Below, in pieces: positions 58,984 to 64,000 of a DNA stretch of 64,000 nucleotides (within the stretch, counting starts at the first letter, position 1; each line of letters opens with the position of its first letter). Source of the stretch: Candidatus Dormiibacterota bacterium (GTDB lineage Bacteria > Chloroflexota > Dormibacteria > Aeolococcales > Aeolococcaceae); NCBI GenBank assembly GCA_003132525.1, contig PKXZ01000076.1, positions 1,167 to 65,166 of the forward strand. The letters are read 5' to 3'. The notes beneath the pieces are model-generated. The model did no database searches. It was given only the letters and a program-made list of their open reading frames with translations, and was not told where the DNA came from. A program made the position numbers and the translations under genes.

Positions 58984-60012
58984 CTACTCAGGGGTGAGCG
59001 TCACCTTGCCGCACTGACCCGACTTCATCAGGGCCATCGCGGCATCAATCTCGTGGAGCGCGAAACGGTGCGTGATGAGCGTGCGCACGTCGATGACGCC
59101 GTCTCGAACGTACGCGGTGACCTGCTCCCAGGTTGCGGGAATGCGCCGGCCGGCGATCCCGTAGAGGCTGAGACCCTTCATGACCACGTCGCTGGAGAGG
59201 TCGACGACGTCCGGTCCGTCGCCGATGCCCAGCAGGCTGATCCAGCCCCCGGGACGCACCAGGCGCGTCGCGGAAGCCACCGCGACCGGCGATCCGCTCA
59301 TCTCGAGCACGCAGTCGATGGCGCCGCCGGCGGCTCGGCGCACGGCGTTATCCACCGCGTCGTCGGTAGCACGGACGATCGCGTGGGCGCCCATGCGCTC
59401 CGCGAGGTCGAGCCGGTACTCGTTGCGATCCACCCCCACCACCCGCGCCGCGCCCTGGGCGCGGGCGACGGCGATTGCGGCGCAGCCGATCGGACCGCAG
59501 CCGAACACCACCACCGTGCGACCGGCGAGGTCGCCATAGGAGCAGGCGTGCACCGCGTTGCCGAACGGCTCCATGGCAGCGGCGACGTCTGGGGGCACCG
59601 CATCGCCGACCGGCCACACATTGGCGGCGGGAACGACGAAGTGGGTCGCGAATGCACCGTCGACGTCCACTCCGAGAATGCGGGTGTTCTCGCAGACGTG
59701 GAAATCACCGCGACGGCACTCGTCGCAGTGGCCGCAGACGATGTGCGATTCCACCGCGACCCGGGTGCCGATGGGCGGTCCCTGGACGCCGTCTCCCCAC
59801 TCGACCACCTCGCCGCAGACCTCGTGGCCGACCACGCGCGGCGGATGCACGCGCGCAGCGGCCCATGGGTTCCAGGCGTAGAGATGCACGTCGGTGCCGC
59901 AAACTGATGCGGCGGCGACGCGGAGGAGGATCTGGCCGGCCGCGGGTGAGGGCATCGGGACATCGCCGATCACGAACCCGGGCGCAGGCGTCGGTTTGAG
60001 GACTGCGAGCAC
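58984..60012 (-). CDS. tdh: L-threonine 3-dehydrogenase
   Basis: Zn-MDR with catalytic and structural Zn ligands (..CGTDVH.., GHEVCGEV, ..CGHCDECRRGDFHVC..). Tdh-like length of 342 aa. Confidence 0.88.
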   Translation of the reverse strand: MLAVLKPTPAPGFVIGDVPMPSPAAGQILLRVAAASVCGTDVHLYAWNPWAAARVHPPRVVGHEVCGEVVEWGDGVQGPPIGTRVAVESHIVCGHCDECRRGDFHVCENTRILGVDVDGAFATHFVVPAANVWPVGDAVPPDVAAAMEPFGNAVHACSYGDLAGRTVVVFGCGPIGCAAIAVARAQGAARVVGVDRNEYRLDLAERMGAHAIVRATDDAVDNAVRRAAGGAIDCVLEMSGSPVAVASATRLVRPGGWISLLGIGDGPDVVDLSSDVVMKGLSLYGIAGRRIPATWEQVTAYVRDGVIDVRTLITHRFALHEIDAAMALMKSGQCGKVTLTPE

Positions 60013-60140
60013 TGGGCCGTGATTATGCGTTCGCGACCCGTCCGGTCAAACGTCTGCGCCGTGTCCGCCGAGCCCGCTGAGACTGCGGCCTATCGCGGCA
60101 CGCATCTGCCGCTCATCGCCAGGCGCGGGAGGACAGATTC

Positions 60141-60620
60141 ATGCTCGATGGCATTGACCGGCCGGTTCCGGGGCCACGCCCTCGCCGGATCCCGGTGGAG
60201 GACCTCAGCGTCTACGAAGGACGCGGTGGGCACACGCTGCGCCGCCATGTCGACACGAAGCCGGGCGACGAGATGCGCCGGATCCTCCGGGAGGGCGTCG
60301 CCGCAGCTGGTCGCTTCGTCAGCCGCGCCACCGCCCAGCGCTGCGTCGATATCGCCGTGACGCGGCGCAGCTCGGACATCACCGCCTGGCTCGCAGGCAG
60401 GGACAAGGGCGCGCCCTTCAGCTTCGTGGAGGACATGGGCGAGGTGGTCGGGCAGGTGCTCACCTACGCCGAAGTCAGCCGGGGCGTGGTGGTCCCCACG
60501 CAGGTGACCGCCGTCCGCCTGGTGCTGCGTCGCAACGACGAACTGCCTGGCGGGTTCACGCTCGTCACCGCCTACCCGACCCGTTCCCCACAACGGCACA
60601 AGAGACATCAGGAGCGCTGA
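60141..60620 (+). CDS. Stand-alone RNase A-like toxin domain protein (CdiA-CT / polymorphic-toxin-type RNase)
   Basis: Motif EGRGGHTLRRHVDTKPGDEMRR resembles the GGHTLERHVGKT signature of bacterial RNase A-like toxin domains. Only 159 aa, with no N-terminal delivery domain. Confidence 0.5.
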   Translation: MLDGIDRPVPGPRPRRIPVEDLSVYEGRGGHTLRRHVDTKPGDEMRRILREGVAAAGRFVSRATAQRCVDIAVTRRSSDITAWLAGRDKGAPFSFVEDMGEVVGQVLTYAEVSRGVVVPTQVTAVRLVLRRNDELPGGFTLVTAYPTRSPQRHKRHQER

Positions 60621-60622
60621 CA

Positions 60623-60964
60623 ATGAACGGCACCATCGATATCGATATCGCGATCGACAACGCAGCGACCCAATACCCGGGACTCGCGCAGCTGCTGGCC
60701 GGCTATTACCACCAGGACTGGCAGCAGGATCACGCCACCCCGGATGCGGCCCTGCACGCGTTCGCGCGTGATGCCTCTCCGGACACCGTTGCATCCGCCG
60801 CGGATGACATCGCCCGCCTCGTCGGCGTGGGATTCGACGACGCGGCACTGACGCGCGTCCTCGCTGACGGATTCGACTGCAACTACGTCCCAGTGGCCAA
60901 CGGCCTCACGCCCGAGGGCTGGCTGCTGCACCTCCGCGACCTGCTCGTCCCCTCCGGATCCTGA
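60623..60964 (+). CDS. Putative cognate immunity protein (contact-dependent growth inhibition immunity-like)
   Basis: 113 aa, starting 3 nt after the toxin stop. Contains the GYYHQDWQQD motif, which is reminiscent of CdiI-family immunity proteins paired with RNase A-like toxins. Confidence 0.45.
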   Translation: MNGTIDIDIAIDNAATQYPGLAQLLAGYYHQDWQQDHATPDAALHAFARDASPDTVASAADDIARLVGVGFDDAALTRVLADGFDCNYVPVANGLTPEGWLLHLRDLLVPSGS

Positions 60965-60973
60965 CCCGCACCG

Positions 60974-61660
60974 TCACCGTGCCCGCGGCGACGCGGCCAC
61001 CCGCTCGAACAGCGCCACAAAGTGGAGCAATGCCGTGGGCACGAGTGTCGGGATCGCGATGATCAGCGCAACGATGTCGACCGGTCCCGAGAAGAGGCGG
61101 ACCCAGTACAACGCGAAGATCACGATGCCGGTGAACAGCGTGTTGCGTCGACCCCACACCGTGTACACGAGCTCCGGGCGGCGTCCGGTGAGCAGGACGA
61201 TCGGCGTCAGCAAGACCGGGCCCGAGTAGCGAACAACGATGAGGACCGCCAGCCACAGCGGGAGGATCCCGAGTGCCCAGGATCCGATTGCCCCGACGAC
61301 GAAGTAGATGGCATCCCCGAACGGGTCCATGGCCTTGCCGAGGACGGTGACCGGGCCGTATCGGCGGGCGATGAAACCGTCCACTGCGTCGAGGAGACCG
61401 ACAGACCCGCCGATGCTGCCCCAGAGTGCGAGGCCGAGGCGTCCCGGCAGTGTCAGCGTGCCGATGAACAGCACGGGAACACATGCGTACCCACGGAGGG
61501 CCGTGAGTCCATTCGGGACCCCATAGCGATCGACGGGATTCCCGTCGGGCGTCCGCAGCAGCGCGGCGCCGCCGATCACCCCGATGGTCACCAACAGCCA
61601 CCAGACCGCGGTGGCGACAACGGCGAGCGTGATGGTGCCGTGCCCATGCACGAGTGCCAC
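60974..61660 (-). CDS. CDP-alcohol phosphatidyltransferase family protein
   Basis: Signature D-G-x2-A-R...G...D-x3-D (DAVDGFIARRYGPVTVLGKAMDPFGDAIY) and six TM helices. Confidence 0.8.
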   Translation of the reverse strand: MALVHGHGTITLAVVATAVWWLLVTIGVIGGAALLRTPDGNPVDRYGVPNGLTALRGYACVPVLFIGTLTLPGRLGLALWGSIGGSVGLLDAVDGFIARRYGPVTVLGKAMDPFGDAIYFVVGAIGSWALGILPLWLAVLIVVRYSGPVLLTPIVLLTGRRPELVYTVWGRRNTLFTGIVIFALYWVRLFSGPVDIVALIIAIPTLVPTALLHFVALFERVAASPRAR

Positions 61661-61820
61661 ATCGCTGGTTACCGCTTCGCCGAGGATCAGCCCGAGGACG
61701 GTCCAGAAGACCAGCGAGCGACGCAGGTGCGCGCTGCCACGAAGGCGCGCCAGCGCCGTCCGGTAGAGGCCGGCTAGACCACCCAGCCCAGAGCCCCCGA
61801 CGGGGATGGAGACGCCGGGA

Positions 61821-62048
61821 TCAGACCGCGAGGCACGTGATCGTCTTGACCACGCCGTCCGCGGACTGAATCCGGTCGAGGATGAGACGTCCGATCCCCG
61901 GCACGTCGGGTGCCTCGACCTGGGCGATGACGTCGTACTCGCCGGTGATCGCGTCGACCAGGACGATGCCGTCGCTGCCCCTCAGGCCATCCGCCACGTG
62001 CTGCGCCTTGCCTGCGCTCGCTGTCACGAGCACGTATGCACGAATCAT
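61821..62048 (-). CDS. Lrp/AsnC ligand-binding (RAM) domain-only protein
   Basis: About 75 aa with the ACT-like RAM fold (MIRAYVLVTASAGKAQHVADGLRGSDGIVLVDAITGEYDVIAQVEAPD..) and no HTH. The start is taken at the internal Met. Confidence 0.6.
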   Translation of the reverse strand: MIRAYVLVTASAGKAQHVADGLRGSDGIVLVDAITGEYDVIAQVEAPDVPGIGRLILDRIQSADGVVKTITCLAV

Positions 62049-62095
62049 CTCGCTGCTCCCACGGTTCAAACGCTCGGCGACTGTAGCATGGGGAC

Positions 62096-62506
62096 ATGCC
62101 GTGGGCGATCTTGATCCGGCTCCTCGCCAGGCTTGCGGCGAGCCTCTTTTTCTGGCGCATCGCGACCAACCGGCGGCGCGCTTACGCGAACGGTCAGCCG
62201 GTTCCTGGCGCGACGCCGAAAGCTCGTATTGACGCGCAAGCGGCCGTCATGGCAGTCAAGACATCGATCCTCCTGACCTGGCGCGCGCTCCTGACCGCGA
62301 CGTTCCTGACCGTCTTCGCCGTGCTCCTCGTGGCGGGTTTGACCATCGTTGTCCTCGGCCCGAGATGGCTCGGTGCGATCCTCTTGGCGGGAGCGCTCGC
62401 ATCAGCATGGGCGACGTGGTTCGAAGGACGCGTCCTCGTCGTCGCCGTGCGGATGCGCAACAAACGGCGACGCGACGAGCGGCTGCGGAAGACAGCGACT
62501 TCCTAA
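62096..62506 (+). CDS. Hypothetical small membrane protein
   Basis: Two or three hydrophobic helices and a basic C-terminal tail (MRNKRRRDERLRK). No family recognised. Confidence 0.3.
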   Translation: MPWAILIRLLARLAASLFFWRIATNRRRAYANGQPVPGATPKARIDAQAAVMAVKTSILLTWRALLTATFLTVFAVLLVAGLTIVVLGPRWLGAILLAGALASAWATWFEGRVLVVAVRMRNKRRRDERLRKTATS

Positions 62507-62521
62507 GCTGAGCCTGGGCTC

Positions 62522-62718
62522 GGAGCGGGAGGGGTCGCCCGTGCCACCGCGAATTTGGCAGCGCCCGAGAGAGCGCGACAATCTGCTTGCGCGAGGGAGG
62601 GCGCTGACAAGCTGAGCTGTGGCGCGGGTGACCCCTCCCGCTCCGCGTCTCAGGGCGTTGCTTAGACGGTGGCGCGGGTGACGCCGCCAGGTCCGCGTCG
62701 CAAGGGCGTTCAGCTCAG
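62522..62718. repeat. Structured intergenic repeat region: a 15-bp long-range inverted repeat with a 93-nt loop, plus two tandem imperfect 50-bp direct repeats
   Basis: Inverted-repeat arms ggagcgggaggggtc (62522-62536) and gacccctcccgctcc (62630-62644). Direct repeats begin gtggcgcgggtgac at 62619 and 62669, about 78% identical. Lies between the convergent genes ending at 62506 and 62710. Confidence 0.6.
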
Positions 62719-64000
62719 GTACGGCGCGATGTTTTCGCCCAGTTCCGCGGCGTCCATCATCAGTTCGCTGACGGTGGGGTGCGCGTGGATGATCGAGCCC
62801 AGGTCGTCCATGGTCAGCCCGTCGCTGATCGCTACGCCGACCTCGTGGATGATCTCGACCGCGTGGACGCCCATGACGGTGGCGCCCACGAGCCGGTCGG
62901 TGATCTGGTCGGCGTACAGCTGGACGAGGCCGTCGGGCTCGCCTTCGCCGAGCGCCTTGCCGTTGCCGATGTAGCGTGCCTGACCGAGCTTCACCTCGAT
63001 GCCGGCTGCCTTCGCCGTTTCTGGGTTTAGGCCGACCATGGCAATTTCTGGATGCGTGTAGATGCAGGATGGCACGACGGTTCGGTCCATCGGCATTACT
63101 TCGTGGCCCAGTGCGTTTGCGACGGCGCGGCCGCCTTCGGCGCTGCCGAGGTGGGCCAGTTGGAGACCGCCGATGCAATCGCCTGCAGCCCAGATCTTGG
63201 GGTTTGCAGTGCGGAGGTACTCGTCCACTTCGATGTGGTCGCGATCGTTGATGGCGACGCCGGCTTCCTCCAGACCGATTCCGCGGGTCCGTGAACGGCG
63301 GCCGACCGAGACGAGGAGGAGATCCGCTTCGATCGCGGTGCCGTCGTCGAGATGCGCTTTGACGGCGTCGGCGGCGTAGTCCATTGATTCGACGCGACGT
63401 CCGGGCAAGAAGGTGACTCCTTGTTTCTCGACGAGGCGGCGCCACTGCTGGACGATGCGCGCATCCACACCGGCGAGGACCTGGGGCAGCACTTCGACAA
63501 CGGTGATGCGCGATCCCAGGGCTGCGAACAGGCTCGCGAACTCACAACCCACGACGCCGCCGCCGATCACGAGCATGTGGTCGGGGATGCGCTCGAGGCG
63601 GAGGATGCCGTCGGACGTCACCACTCGCGGGTGCTCCATGTCGATCCCCGGAAGTCCCGATGCCTCGGTGCCGACGCAGACGATGAGGTGATCAAACTCG
63701 TGGCGCTCGGCACCGGTCACAACTGCCTCGCCGTCGACAACGCCCTGGGCGCGGACGACGTTCACGCCCTTGCGTTTGCAGGCGGACTCGACGCCTCTGC
63801 GCATGGCCAGGACGATTTCCTCCTTGCGCTTCATCATCCGGGGGAAGTCGATCTCCGGTTCGGGAACGCGAATCCCGAACGACGCGGCGTCGCGGATCTT
63901 GCGCAGCACGTCGGCACCGGCGAGCAATGACTTGGTGGGGATGCAGCCCCAGTTGAGGCACGTGCCGCCTAAGTCGGCGCGTTCGACCATGGTGACTTCA
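62710..64000 (-). CDS. lpd: Dihydrolipoyl dehydrogenase (E3), partial; the N-terminus lies beyond the window edge
   Basis: Redox-active disulfide GGTCLNWGCIPTK, NAD-binding VIGGGVVGCEFA, and a C-terminal dimerisation/His-Glu region. The ORF runs off the window end. Confidence 0.85.
   Translation of the reverse strand, partial: EVTMVERADLGGTCLNWGCIPTKSLLAGADVLRKIRDAASFGIRVPEPEIDFPRMMKRKEEIVLAMRRGVESACKRKGVNVVRAQGVVDGEAVVTGAERHEFDHLIVCVGTEASGLPGIDMEHPRVVTSDGILRLERIPDHMLVIGGGVVGCEFASLFAALGSRITVVEVLPQVLAGVDARIVQQWRRLVEKQGVTFLPGRRVESMDYAADAVKAHLDDGTAIEADLLLVSVGRRSRTRGIGLEEAGVAINDRDHIEVDEYLRTANPKIWAAGDCIGGLQLAHLGSAEGGRAVANALGHEVMPMDRTVVPSCIYTHPEIAMVGLNPETAKAAGIEVKLGQARYIGNGKALGEGEPDGLVQLYADQITDRLVGATVMGVHAVEIIHEVGVAISDGLTMDDLGSIIHAHPTVSELMMDAAELGENIAPYLS

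Noticed and set aside
60013-60140. Possible glycine or threonine-responsive riboswitch upstream of tdh-kbl.
   Set aside because: The 128-bp divergent region lacks the tandem-aptamer length and the conserved motifs of a glycine riboswitch. It is more likely ordinary promoter DNA.
1-64000. Search for a CRISPR array, transposase or integrase, or a tRNA-associated island.
   Set aside because: No regularly spaced short direct repeats and no transposase, integrase or recombinase-like ORFs were found. The tRNA-Pro/tRNA-Arg pair is flanked by ordinary metabolic and exporter genes, with no attachment-site duplication that I could see.

Overview
High-GC (about 70%) bacterial chromosomal segment, most likely from an Actinomycetota-like organism. 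Genes are densely packed, GTG starts are frequent, and many adjacent genes overlap by 4 nt (GTGA or ATGA), which indicates translationally coupled operons. The content is mostly core and accessory metabolism. Read in order along the window, I see the following.

- Cell-envelope genes: two LCP (LytR-CpsA-Psr) paralogs, a PD40/TolB-like propeller protein, and a phosphofructokinase with PPi-type residues.
- A beta-oxidation neighbourhood: three acyl-CoA dehydrogenases, a thiolase, 3-hydroxybutyryl-CoA dehydrogenase, a crotonase, an SCP2 protein, and an EtfD-like membrane Fe-S oxidoreductase.
- sucC and sucD, separated by an unusual 196-bp spacer.
- A methylmalonyl-CoA module: epimerase, a mutase that consists of the catalytic domain only, and pccB.
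- A thymidylate kinase gene next to a Ycf45-like AAA+ ATPase gene, followed by pdxS/pdxT.
- Two tRNAs, tRNA-Pro(CGG) and tRNA-Arg(CCT).
- A glycan cluster: a 4-gene operon (NAD-dependent epimerase, a Ppm1-like GT2 synthase, a nucleotide-sugar 6-dehydrogenase and a GT87/DUF2029 membrane glycosyltransferase), a second GT87/DUF2029 gene immediately upstream, and a third paralog about 17 kb away.
- A second acyl-CoA carboxyltransferase gene paired with a 70-aa biotin-carrier gene.
- A conserved system of unknown function: a proline-repeat membrane protein, DUF4129, DUF4350, a MoxR ATPase and DUF58 in one tightly coupled operon, facing RDD and DUF95 (SpoIIM-like) membrane proteins, with ispH embedded.
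- Two convergent ECF sigma/anti-sigma pairs.
- A tdh-kbl threonine catabolic operon.
- An orphan RNase A-like toxin with a CdiI-like immunity gene.
- A CDP-alcohol phosphatidyltransferase gene and a partial lpd gene at the window edge.

I found no transposases, integrases or CRISPR arrays. Several very long listed ORFs (1256, 927, 697, 683 and 653 aa) are wrong-frame or antisense shadow ORFs typical of high-GC DNA, and I re-split them into their real genes.
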